64,000 nt of DNA from an uncultured Acidobacteriota bacterium (lineage in GTDB: Bacteria; Acidobacteriota; Thermoanaerobaculia; Multivoradales; SZUA-115). The notes below the pieces were generated by a model. The model had not been told where the DNA came from. It ran no database searches and saw nothing but the letters and a program-made list of their open reading frames with translations. The stretch is from the NCBI GenBank assembly GCA_963805975.1, contig CAWDVR010000001.1:1024001-1088000 (forward strand), written 5' to 3'. Within the stretch, counting starts at the first letter, position 1, and every line of letters begins with the position of its first letter. Made by a program: the position numbers and the translations under genes. This document shows positions 1-30,100 of the stretch, piece by piece.

Positions 1-1
1 G

Positions 2-17740
<17,739 letters not shown>

Positions 17741-18252
17741 GCCCAAGGGAGTGGCGATGTCCCGGGGAGCCCTGGCGGCCCACAGCGCCGACGCCGCCAG
17801 CGCCTTCCGCCTCGGCCCCGGCGACCGCGTGCTGCAGTTCGCGTCGCTGGCCTTCGACACCTCCACCGAGGAGATCTTTCCCACCCTGGGCCGGGGTGCC
17901 CGCCTGCTGCTGGCCGGCGAGCGCCCGGCCGAGGCCCCCGCGCTCTTCTTCGAGGAGTGCCGCCGCCGGGCGGTCACCGTCCTCGACCTGCCCACCGCCT
18001 ACTGGCACCAGTTGGTCGCCGCCTTGGACGAAGAGAGCACGGGGCTGCCGGCGGACGTGCGGCTGGTGATCCTGGGCGGCGAGGCGGCGCGGCCGGAAGC
18101 CCTGGCCGCCTGGCGGCGGCACGCGCCGCGAGAGCTGACCCTGGTCAACACTTACGGCCCCACCGAGACGACGGTGGTGGCGACCCGCTGGAGCCCGCTC
18201 CCATGGCTCGGGCCGGAAGGGACCGCCGACGCGGAGGAGACGCGAGAGCACG

Positions 18253-21200
18253 GTGGTGCCCGTCGGCCGCCCGCTGGCCTACGTGCGGGCGGTGGTCCTG
18301 GACCGCCGGCTCGCGGCGGTGCCCCGCGGCGTGCCCGGCGAGCTCTGCCTGGGTGGCGCCGGCCTGGGCCGAGGCTACGGCGGCCGGCCCGGAGAGACCG
18401 CGGCGACCTTCCTGCCCGACCCCGGCGCGGGCGGCTCCGGCATCCCTTCCGGCGCGCGCCTGTACCGCACCGGCGACCGCGCCCGGCAGCGGGCCTCGGG
18501 ATCGTTCGAGGTCCTGGGCCGGCTGGACCAACAGGTCAAGCTGCGGGGCTTCCGGGTCGAGCCGGGCGAGGTGGAGAGGGTGCTGGCGGCGAACCCGGCG
18601 GTGCGCCAGGCGGCGGTGGTGGTGCGGGAGGAGCAAGGAGAGCTCCGGCTCGCCGCGTTCGCGGTCCTCGCCACGGCCGGTGGCGGGACCGCGTCGACTG
18701 GCGTCGTGGCCGCCGAGCTGCGGCGCCACCTGGCCGAGCACCTGCCCGGCTACATGGTGCCGTCGGCGGTGGCCCTGCTGCCCGAGATCCCCCTCACCGT
18801 CACCGGCAAGGTCGACCGCCGCGCGCTGCTGGCGCTGCCCTCGGAGTCGGCCTTGCTCGCGGCCGGAGAAGCTCTGCAAGGGCCGGTGGAAGAGGCCCTG
18901 GCCGAGATCTGGCGCGAGGTGCTCGGCCCCGGCACGCTGCCCGGCCGGCACGACGACTTCTTCGAGCTCGGCGGCCACTCGCTGATGGCGACGCGCGTGC
19001 TGGCCCGGGTGCGCCGGGTCTTCCAGGTCGAGCTGCCGCTCCGCCACCTCTTCGAGGCCCCCACCGTGGCCGGCCTGGCGGTGTGCATCGAGGCGGCGCT
19101 GGGGGCGGACGGCGCCGCGCTGGAGCGGCCCCTGGTGCGCTGGCCGCGGCCGGGGCCGACGGCCCTCTCCTTCGCCCAGCAGCGCCTCTGGTTCCTCCAC
19201 CGCCTGGAGCCCGAGAGCGCCGCCTACCACGTGCCCAGCGTCGTCTCTCTCCACGGGGAGCTGTCGGTGGCCGGCCTGGCGGCGGCGCTCGCCGGCGTGG
19301 TGGCGCGCCACGAGGTGCTGCGCACCCGCTTCGTGGAGGAGGAGGGCGAGCCGGTGCAGGTGGTGGGGCCGCCGCCCCGCGTACCGCTGCCGGTGGTGGA
19401 CCTGACGGCCCTCGCCTCGGAGGGACGCCTGCCGGGTGCCCGCGAGCTGGCCGCCGCCGAGTCCCGGCTGCACTTCGACCTGGCGCGGGGCCCGGTCCTG
19501 CGCGGCCTGCTCCTGCGCCTGGCGGAGCGCGAGCACGTCCTGGCCGTGACGCTCCACCACATCGTCACCGACGGCTGGTCCGGGGGGCTCCTGGTGCGCG
19601 AGGTGGCGGCGCTCTACCGCCAGACCCAGGGTAGCCAGGTGGGGGGCAGCCAGGCCCAGGGCATCCAGGATGCGCCGCTCCCCGAGCTCGGCATCCAGTA
19701 CGCCGACTACGCCCTCTGGCAGCGCGCGCTCTTCGCGGACGGCTTGCTCGACGATCAGCTCGCCTACTGGCGCCGCCAGCTCGCCGACCCCCCCGGCGCG
19801 CTCGCCCTGCCCACCGACCGCCCCCGGCCGGCGGTGCAGGGCTTCGCCGGCGCGGCCTTGATGGAGACCCTGCCGGCCGAGCTGGCGGCGGGCGTGGCGG
19901 AGATCGGCCGGCGCCTGGGCGCCACCCCGTTCATGACGCTCCTGGCCGGCTTCTTCGCGCTGCTCGGGCGCTACAGCGGCGACGACGACCTGCTGGTCGG
20001 CACCCCGATCGCCAACCGCCGCCACTGGGAGCTCGAGCCGCTGATCGGCTTCTTCGTCAACACCCTGGTGCTGCGCGGGGATTTGGGCCGCCGCGACGGG
20101 TCCGGCCGGCCGGGCTTCGGCGAGCTGGTGGCGCGGGTGCGGAGCACGGCCCTGGGGGCCTACGCCCACCAGGACCTGCCCTTCGAGCGCTTGGTGGAGG
20201 AGGTGGCGCCGGAGCGGCAGCTCGGCGCCCATCCGCTCTTCCAGGTGCTGTTCGTGGTGCAGAACGCCCCGGCGGTGGCGGTGGAGCTGCCCGGCCTCAG
20301 CCTTTCGAGCCTGGAGGTCCACACCGGCACCTCGAAGTTCGACCTCGCGCTCTTCCTCGCCCCGCGGGGAGGCGACGGGGCCGGCGGCTTCGAAGCGGCG
20401 CTCGAGCTCAGCACCGACCTCTTCGACCTCACCACCGGCCGGCGCCTGCTGGGGCACTACCGCGCCCTCCTCACCGCCGCCCTGGCCGATCCGCTGCGCC
20501 CGCTGGACGAGCTGCCCCTGCTGGCCCCGGCCGAGGCCCAGCAACTGGCCCGCGAGTGGCAGGGGCCGGCCGACCTCCCGCCGAGCGGCCAGCGGCTCGA
20601 AGAGGCGATCGCCGCCCGGGCCGCCCTCCATCCTCACCGGGTGGCCGTGGTGTCCGGTTCCGAGCTCCTGACCTACGGCGATCTGATGCGCCGCGCCGGG
20701 ACCATCGCCTCCCGCCTGGCGGCCGAGAACCTCGGCGCCGAGGCGCGGGTCGGCATCTTCCTGGAGCCCGACCTCGACCTGCTGCCTGCCCTCGTGGGCG
20801 TGCTCGCCGCCGGCTGCGCCTACGTCCCCCTGGACCCGGCCCACCCGGCCGAGCGCCTCGCCCTGCTGCTGGAAGACGCCGGCGTATCTCTCGTCCTCAC
20901 CCGCGACAAGCTCCGCTCTCTTCTTCCCCCCTCCCCAACTCCGGTGCTCCCGCTGGAGGACATCGGGTTGGCGCCGGCAGCAGGAAGCGAGGGCCCCGGC
21001 GGGGTGGCGGAGCGCAACGTGACCGAGTGGAGCGGAGCCACCCCGCCGGGGCTCTCGCTCTCCCCGGTTTCTTCTGCTTCTTCCGGGATCGGGCCGGGTG
21101 GCCTGGCCTACGTCCTCTACACCTCCGGCTCCACCGGCCGGCCCAAGGGCGTCGGCGTCGAGCACCGGAGCCTCCTCAGCTTCCTCGCCTCCATGGCCCG

Positions 21201-23175
21201 CCGGCCCGGCCTCGACGAGGAGACCGTCCTCCTGGCCGTGACCACGCTGACCTTCGACATCGCCGCCCTCGAGCTCTTCGGTCCTCTGCTCGCCGGTGGC
21301 CGCGTCGTGATGGCCGGCAGCCGCGCCGGGGCCGACGGCCGCCGCCTGGGAGAGCTGCTGGAGCGTTACCAGGCCACCGCCCTCCAGGCCACCCCCGCCA
21401 CCTGGCAGCTCCTGCTCGCCGCCGGCTGGCCGGGCCGGCCGGGGCTCGAAGCGCTCTGCGGCGGCGAGGCCCTGCCCGAGCCGCTGGCGGCGGAGCTGTC
21501 GCGCCGCGCCGGCCGCGTCTGGAACCTGTACGGACCCACCGAGACCACTGTCTGGTCGGCCGTGGAGCGGGTGGGCGAACGGGTCACCATCGGCCGCCCG
21601 ATCCACCACACCGACCTCCACGTGCTGGACCGCCGCCTGGCGCCGTCCCCCACGGGAACCGTCGGCGAGCTCGCCATCGGCGGCGTGGGCCTGGCGCGCG
21701 GCTACCTGGCCCAAGGACTGGGGGGCCGGCCAGCCTTGACCGCGGCTGCCTTCGTTCCCCACCCGGCGCCGGAGCGGCCGGGGGAGCGCCTCTACCGCAC
21801 CGGCGACCTGGCCCGCTTCCTCCCCGACGGCCGCCTCGACGTCCTGGGCCGGCGCGACCACCAGATCAAGCTGCGCGGCTTCCGCATCGAGCCGGGCGAG
21901 ATCGAGGCCGCCCTCGGCTCCCATCCGGCGGTGTCCCAGGCCGTAGTGCAGGTCTACGAGGAAGCGGAGGGCCCCGGAGACCGCCGGCTCGCCGCCTACG
22001 TGGTGCCCGACCCGACCTTCCAGGACCGCGCGGATCGAGTCGAGGCCTGGGGCGAGGTCTGGGACCAGACCTACCGCCAGGCCGGGGCAGCGGCCGACGC
22101 CGGCTTCGACCTGGCGGGCTGGAACAGCGCCCTGACCGGCGAGCCCCTGCCCGCGGCCGAGATGGCCGAGTGGGTGGAGGGCACGGTGGAGCGCCTGCTC
22201 TCGGCCGCACCCCGGACCGTGCTGGAGATCGGCTGCGGTACCGGGCTGCTCCTCTTCCGCCTCGCTCCCCAAGTCGAGCAGTACACCGCCCTCGACGTCT
22301 CGGCAGGAGTGGTGGCGGCAGTGCAGGCGGAGGCCACGGCGCGGGGCCTGAGCCAGGTCGAGGTGCGCCAGGCGGCGGCCCACCAGCTCACGGGCTTCGC
22401 GGGCCGGAGCTTCGACCTCATCGTGCTCAACTCGGTGGTGCAGTACTTCCCCGACGCCGGCTACCTGGAGGAGGTCCTGACCGCGGCAGCTTCGTTCCTG
22501 GCCCCGCGGGGCGCTCTCTTCGTCGGCGACGTCCGCAGCCTGCCGCTGCTGCCCGCCCTGCACGCCGAGATCGAGCTCCGGCAGGCGCCCGACGACCTCT
22601 CTCTGCCAGACCTGGCGGCCCGGGTCCGGCGGCTGCGGGCCGAGGAGCGGGAGCTGATCCTGGCCCCGGCCTTCTTCGCCGACCTGGCCGAGCGCCTGCC
22701 GCAACGCACCCGCGCCCTGGCCGAGCTCAAGCGGGGCCGGAGCCACAACGAGCTCACCCGCTTCCGCTACGACGTCTGGCTGACGGCCGAGGAGCGCGAG
22801 GCGGCCAGCCAGACGCCCGGAGCTCGTGAGCTGGAAGGCCGGGTGGGCCTGGCGGAGGTCCGCGCGCACCTGGAAGCCGCCCTCGCCGCGGGCGAGGGGC
22901 TGAGCCTCCGCCGAGCGCCCAACGCCCGCCTGGCGGCCGAGGCCGAGCTGCTGGCCCAGCTTTCCGGTGCAGATGAAGAGGGCGCGCCGAGCGCGGGGAC
23001 CCTGCGCGCGGCCCTGGAGGAGGCGCGCGAGGCCCGGCCCGGACTGGACCCCGAGGTTCTGTGGCAGCTCGCCACAGACCTGGGCTGCGCCGCGACCGTG
23101 GGGCCGTCGGCGGAAGATCCTACCTGCCTGGAGGCCGTCTTCCTGCCCCGGGCCGTCGGCGGAGTCGCCAGCTTC
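18253..23175 (+). CDS. Giant NRPS, segment 3: end of A6, T, C-A(Gly) with an embedded N-methyltransferase
   Basis: GELCLGG, YRTGD, FFELGGHSL, HHIVTDG, FDIAALELF/NLYGPTETTVW, and MT motifs VLEIGCGTG and LNSVVQYFP. Frame changes at about 23175 (the ORF track continues out of frame to 23655). Confidence 0.9.
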
Positions 23176-26100
23176 TCTCGCGCTGGTGTCGAGCGCCCAG
23201 CCGGCTTCCGGCCCGCTGAGCAACCGCCCGCTGGGAGCGCAGAGCGCCGGCCGCCTGCCGGCGCTCCTGGCCCGCCACCTGGCCGAGCGCCTGCCGGCCC
23301 ACATGGTGCCCTCGGCCTTCGTCCTCCTGGAGGCCTTCCCGCTGACCGCCAGCGGCAAGGTGGACCGCAAGGCCCTGCCGCCTCCGGGCCGGGACCGGGC
23401 CGCGGCCCGAGGGGCCTACATGGCCCCGCGAAACCCGGTGGAGGAGGCGGTGGCCGGCATCTGGAGCGAGGTCCTGGGGCTGGAACGGGTGGGCGTGGAG
23501 GACGACTTCTTCGCCCTGGGAGGCCACTCGCTGCTCGCCACGCAGGTGGTCTCGCGGCTGGAGAAGCGCTTCGGGCTGGAGGTGCCGCTGCGGCGGATCT
23601 TCCAGGCCCCCACGGTGGCGGCCCTGGCGGCGACGCTCCCGGCCGAGGCCGGTGAAGCGGAAGGCTCTGCTATCGGCGCGGCCTTGCCGCCGCCCATCCG
23701 GCCGGTCGAGCGCGAGCCGCCGCCGCCGCTCTCCTTCGCCCAGGAGCGCCTGTGGTTCCTGGACCAGCTCGACCCGGCGAGCGCCGCCTACAACATCCCC
23801 AGCGCCTTCGCCCTGACCGGCGACCTGGACGCGGTCCTGCTGCAACGCGCCTTCGCCGAGGTGGTGCGGCGTCACGAGACGCTGCGCACCACCTTCGGCC
23901 GCCGCGGGGAGCGGCCGGTGCAGGTCATCGCGGCCTCCGGCTCTTGGCGTCTGCCGGTGGTGGATCTCTCGGGGTCGCCGGAGCCGCGGTGGGCGCTGGC
24001 CGAGGCCCTCGCCCTCGCCGAGGTGCGGAAGCCCTTCGACCTGGCGGCCGGGCCGCTGCTGCGCGTCACGCTGCTGCGGGCCGACCGCCGCCGCCACTTG
24101 CTGGTGGTGAGCCTCCACCACATCGTTTCCGACGGCTGGTCCGTGGCCCGGCTGGTGGGCGAGGTGACGGCGCTCTACGACGCCTTCTCCCGCGGCGAGG
24201 CCTCGCCGCTTCCCGAGCTGCCGTTCCAGTACGCCGACTTCGCGGTCTGGCAGCGGGCCTGGCTGGCGGGCGGCGAGATGGAGCGCCAGCTCGGCTGGTG
24301 GCAGCAGCAGCTCGCCGGGGTGCAGATCCTGGAGCTTCCCACCGACCGGCCCCGCCCGGCAGTCGAGACCTTCCGCGGCGCCGAGCTGCCCATCACCCTC
24401 GACGCCGGGCTGACGGCGGACCTCGAGGCGCTGGCCCGCGAGCGGGGCGCGACCCTCTTCATGGTGCTGCTGGCCGGCTACGAGGTGCTGCTCTCCCGCT
24501 ACTCGGGGCAGCGGGACGTGGTCGTCGGCTCGCCGATCGCCAACCGCAACCGGCGGGAGATCGAGGAGCTGATCGGTTTCTTCGCCAACACCCTGGTGTT
24601 GCGCACCGATCTCTCGGGCGACCCTCCCTTCCGGGAGGTCCTGGAGCGCGTCCAGGAGACCACGCTGGGCGCCTACGCCCGCCAGGACGTGCCCTTCGAG
24701 CGCCTGGTGGAGCGCTTGCAGCCGGATCGCGACCTGTCCAGGAACCCGCTCTTCCAGGTCGAGCTGGTGTTCCAGAACCAGCCGCGGCCGGCGACCCTTT
24801 TGCCCGGGCTCGAGAGCCGGCAGCTCGCGATGGACGCCGGCATCGCCAAGTTCGACCTCACCTTCTTCCTCTCCCGGGTGGGGGAGCGGCTGGAAGGGCT
24901 GGTGGAGTACAACACCGACCTCTTCGACCGCGTCACGGCCCGGCGCATGGCCCGGCACCTCCAGCAGGTGCTGGCCGGCCTGCGCCGGCACCTGGCGACG
25001 CCGCTCTCCGCCCTGCCCCTGCTGTCCGAGATCGAGCTGCACCAGGTCCTCCGCGAGTGGAACGACCCGGTGGAGGAGGCGCTCTGCGGGCGCCTGGTCC
25101 ACCGCCTGGTGGAGGAGCGGGCCGCCGCCCAGGCCGACGAGCTGGCGGTGCTCGACGGCGAGCGCCGCCTGACCTACGGCGAGCTCAACGCCCGCGCCAA
25201 CCAGCTCGCCTGGCGGCTGATCGAGCTGGGCATCGGGCCCGAGTCCATCGTCGGCATCTGCGTCGAGCGCTCGCTGGAGATGGTGATCGGCCTCTTGGGG
25301 GTGCTCAAGGCCGGCGGCGCGGTCCTCGCCCTGGACCCGGCCTACCCCCTCGACCGGCTGTCCTACATCATCCGGGAGGCGGGCCTCTCGGTGCTGCTGG
25401 TGGACGACCTGCTGCGGGAGGTCCTGCCGGAGCACGACGGGGTGGAGCTGACCCTCGACCGGGACTGGCGGGACTTCGCCGGCCGGCCCGAGGGGAACCC
25501 AGAGGTCCACGTCTGGCCCGAGAACCCGATGTACATCATCTACACCTCGGGGACCACCGGGAAGCCCAAGGGCATCGTCGTCACCCACCTGGCCTTCTCG
25601 AACCTCCTCGAGTGGCAGCTCCGCCAGTCGGGCCTGCCGCGGCCGGACGGTGAGGGCCGCGCGGCCCGCACCGTGCAGTTCGCCACCTTCGGCTTCTGCG
25701 TCAGCTTCCAGGAGATCTTCACCTCCTGGTGCTCCGGCAGCGCGCTGGTGCTGGCCGGGGAGATGGTGCGGCGCGACATCGACGGCCTGGCCGGCTTCCT
25801 GGAGGCGCACGGCGTCGAGCGCCTCCACCTGCCCTTCGCCGCCTTGAAGCACCTGGCCGAGGCCGCGGCCACCCAGGAGCGCCTGCCGAGCCGCCTCACG
25901 GAGGTGATCACCGCCGGCGAGCCGCTGCTGGTCAACCCGGCGGTGCGGCGGCTCTTCACCCGGCTGGGCTGCGTGCTGCGCAACCAGTACGGGGCCTCCG
26001 AGACCCACGTGGTGACCTCGTTCTCCCTCGCCGGGGAGGTCGCTTCCTGGCCGGCCATCCCGCCGGTGGGCCGCAACATCACCGGGGTGGCGATCCACCT

Positions 26101-26895
26101 GCTGGACCGCGCGCTCCGCCCGGTGGCCGTCGGCGTGCCCGGGGCGCTCTTCAGCACCGGCCGCTGCGAGGCCCGGGGCTACCTCGCCGAGCCGGTGATG
26201 ACCGCCGAGAAGTACGTCCCCGACCCCTTCACCGGCACCTTCGGCGGCCGTCTCTACCGCACCGGCGACCTCGCCCGGCGCCTGCCCGGCGGCGAGATCG
26301 AGTTCCTGGGGCGGATCGACGACCAAGTGAAGATCCGCGGCTACCGCCTGGAGCTGGGCGAGGTGGACACGGTGCTGGCGCGGCACCCCAAGCTGCGCGA
26401 CGTGGCCTCGCTCGTGCGGCCCACCGACACCGGCAACCTCCTGGTTTCGTATCTGGTGCTCGAAGAGCCGATGGCCGACGTGACGGCCGAGCTCACCGCC
26501 TACATGAAGGCCCGGGTGCCGGAGCACATGGTGCCTTCGGCGTTCGTGGTGATGGACTGGCTGCCGGTCAACGCCAACGGCAAGCTGGACCGGGAGGCCC
26601 TGCCGGCGCCCGAGGTGGTCACCGGCCGGGCCAAGGCCGCCACCGCCACCCTACGCAACGCCACCGAGGAGCTGCTGGCCGAGCTCTGGCAGGAGGTCCT
26701 GGGCGGCGAGCGGCCCGGCCCCGAGGACGACTTCTTCGATCTCGGCGGGCACTCGATCCTGGCGACCCAGCTCATCTCGCGCGTGCGCCTGGCCTTCGAG
26801 GTCGAGCTGCCGCTGATGGCCCTGTTCGAGAGCCCCACCCTGGGAGGGCTGGCCGCGGTGCTCGAGGAGTCCAGGGAGCGACGAGCGGGCAGGGA
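23176..26895 (+). CDS. Giant NRPS, segment 4: end of A7, T, C-A8 (Pro/Pip-like, Asp235->Cys)-T
   Basis: LPAHMVP...SGKVDR, GGHSLLAT, HHIVSDG, YTSGTTGKPKG, FCVSFQEIF, NQYGASETHVV and GGHSILAT, within ORF 22967..27490. Confidence 0.9.
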
Positions 26896-27152
26896 GCGGT
26901 GCCCCCCCTGGTGGCCGGAGGATGGCCGCCGCCGGCGCCGCTCTCCTTCGCCCAGCAGCGGGTCTGGCTCCACGAGCAGACCCTGCCGGGGAGCTCGGTC
27001 TACAACCTGCCGCTCGCGGTGCGCCTCTCGGGCGAGCTCGCGGCGGTGGCCCTGGCGCGGGCGGCCGGCGAGGTGGTGCGCCGCCACGAGGCCCTGCGCA
27101 CCCGCTTCGAGGTCCACGGCGGCCTGCCGGTGCAGGTGGTGGAGCCGGCCGG
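26896..27152 (+). CDS. Giant NRPS, segment 5: N-terminus of C domain 9
   Basis: PLSFAQQRVWL...YNLP...RHEALRTRF reads in frame +1 between two frameshifts. Confidence 0.8.
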
Positions 27153-30100
27153 GGCCCGTTCCGGCTGCCGGTGGTGGACCTCCAGGGCCTTCCCGCGGCC
27201 GGGCGGGAAGCGAGGGCCCGGCGCCTGGCCGACCGCGCGGCCGCCCGGCCCTTCGATCTCGCCCGGGGGCCGCTCCACGCCTGGTGCCTGCTGCGGCTGG
27301 CACCCGTGGAGCACGCCTTGGTGATCAACCTCCACCACACCGTCTCCGACGGCTGGTCCACCGGCGTGCTGGCCGGCGAGATGGAGGCGCTCTACGCCGC
27401 CTTCCGGGCGGGCCAACCCTCCACGCTGCCGGCTCTCGCGGTCCAGTACGGCGACTACGCCGTCTGGCAGCGGCGCTGGCTCTCGGGTGAGGTGCTGGAG
27501 GGGCAGCTCGAGGCCTGGCGCGGGCTGCTGGCCGGCGCCCCGGCGGCCCTGCCCCTGCCCACCGACCGGCCGCGGCCCGCGCTGCGCTCCCAGCGGGGGA
27601 CCACGCGGCGGGCGGCCCTGCCGGCGGCCCTGGTGGAGGATCTCCGCGGCCTCGCGCGGAGCCAGGGAACGACCCTGTTCATGGCCCTGCTGGCCGGCTT
27701 CGACGCCTTGCTGGCCGCCTGGTCCGGGGCCCGGGACGTGGTGGTGGCCACCACCTACGCCAACCGGCGGGACCGGGCGCTGGAGCCGCTGATCGGCTTC
27801 TTCGTCAACCCCGTGCTGCTGCGCACCGATCTCTCCGGGCGCCCCAGCTTCGGCGAGCTCCTGGCGCGGGTGAGGCGCACCGTGCTCGCCGCCTCGGCGA
27901 ACCAGGACGTGCCCTACGAGAAGGTCACCGAGAGGCTGCGCGCCGCGGACCCCGAGTGGTGGTCGCCGCTGCCGCAGGTGATCTTCACGCTCCAGAACAC
28001 CCCCCTGCCGCGCCTGGCCCTGCCGGGATTGGAACTCTCGCCCCTGGGGGCCGACGACGGAACCACCAAGGCCGAGCTGGAGCTGGCCTTCTTCGACGGC
28101 GGTGACGGCGGCCTCGCCGGCAGCCTGACCTACGACCGGGAGCTCTTCGACGCCGCCACCATGGCCCGGTTCCTGGCCCACCTGGAGGTCCTGCTGGGGG
28201 CCGCGGCAGCCGCTCCCGAGACGGCGCTGGAGGCCCTGCCGCTGCTCCGTCCGGCCGAAGAGGCGCAGCTACGAATGGAGCACAACGACTCGGCCCGGAT
28301 CTGGCCGCGGGAGACCCCCGCCACCCTCCACGGCCTGGTGCTGTGGCGCGCCGAGGTGGCCCCCGAAGCGGTGGCGGTGGTCTACGAGGACGAGGTTCTG
28401 TCCTATGGTGAGCTCGCGCGCCGCGCACGGGCCCTGGCCGCGATCCTGGCCTGCCACGGTGCCGGTCCCGAGCGGCTGGTGGCGGTGGCCATGGAGCGCT
28501 CCCTGGAGCTGCCCGTGGCGCTGTTGGCCGTGCTCGTCGCGGGCGGCGCCTACGTCCCCCTGGACCCCTCGTACCCCGAGGAGCGGCTGCGCTTCATGCT
28601 GGCGGACAGCGGAGCGCCGGTCGTGCTGACCCAGGCCCGGCTCCTGCCCGCGCTGGAGTCCCTGGCGGCCGGCTCTGCCGCTCGCTGGCTGGCCGTGGAC
28701 GACCTGCCGGCCGGGGAACCCGCGGAGATCACGACGCCGCAGGAAGGCCCGACAGTGGAGCACCAGGACGGCCTGGCCTACGTCATCTACACCTCCGGCT
28801 CGACGGGCAGGCCCAAGGGTGCGATGAACCATCACCGCGGCATCGTCAACCGGCTGCAGTGGATGCAGGAGGCCTATGGTCTTGTGGCTTCGGACCGGGT
28901 GCTGCACAAGACCCCGGTGAGCTTCGACGTCTCGGTCTGGGAGCTGTTCTGGCCGCTCGTCGCCGGCGCCTGCATGGTGGTGGCCCGCCCCGGCGGTCAC
29001 CGCGAGCCCGCCTACCTGGCGGCGCTCCTGGCCGAGGAGCGGATCACCACGCTGCACTTCGTGCCGTCGATGCTCCAGGCCTTCCTGGGGGAGGAGGCGC
29101 CCGCGGCGACAGCGGTGCGCCGGGTGATCGCCAGCGGCGAGGCCCTGTCCTGGGAGCTGAAGGAGAGCTTCTACCGGCGCTTCGGCCCCTCCGCTGAACT
29201 GCCCGGGGCCGAGCTGCACAACCTCTACGGCCCCACCGAGGCCGCCATCGACGTCACGGCCTGGGCTTGCGCCCCCGGAGGCAGCCTCCGGCCGGTGCCC
29301 ATCGGCCGGCCGGTGGCCAACACCCGGGTCCACCTGCTCGGGCCTGGCGGCCGGCTGGCGCCGCTGGGCGTGCCCGGCGAGGCGGTCCTGGCCGGCCCGC
29401 AGCTCGCCCGCGGCTACTGGCGCCGGCCCGCCCTCACCGCCAGCACTTTCGTTCCGGACCCGCTGGCGAGCCGGCCGGGCGAGCGCCTCTACCGCACCGG
29501 CGACCTGGCCCGGCGCCTGCCCGGCGGCGAGGTCGAGTTCCTGGGCCGCCTCGACCACCAGGTCAAGGTGCGCGGCTTCCGCATCGAGCTGGGCGAGGTG
29601 GAGGGTGCGCTCGAGGCCCATCCCGGTGTGCGCCAGGCGGTGGCGGTGGTGTGGGAGGAGGCAGGTGAGATGGGGCGGCTGGTGGCCTACCTGGTGCCGG
29701 CCGCGGCCGGCGGCCCCGCGCCGGGGGCCGAGGAGCTGATCCCCTTCCTGGCGGAGCGCCTGCCGGAGCAGATGGTCCCCTCGGCCTTCGTCTCGCTGCC
29801 GGAGCTGCCCCTCTCGCCCTCCGGCAAGGTGGACCGGCGGCGGCTGCCGGCCCCGTCGGCCGAGGGCCTGCGGGGCGCCGGAGCCTTCGCGCCCCCGCGC
29901 TCGCCCCTCGAACGCGCCCTGGCCGCCGTCTGGCAGGAGGTGCTGGGCTTGGCCTCCTCGGAAGCTTCGTCCCTGGGCCTGGACGACAACTTCTTCGCCT
30001 TCGGCGGCGACTCCATCCGCATGCTCCAGGTGCGCCAGAAGGCGGCGGAGCGGGGCATCGGGCTCTCGGCCCAGGATCTCTTCTCCGCCCCCACGCTGCG

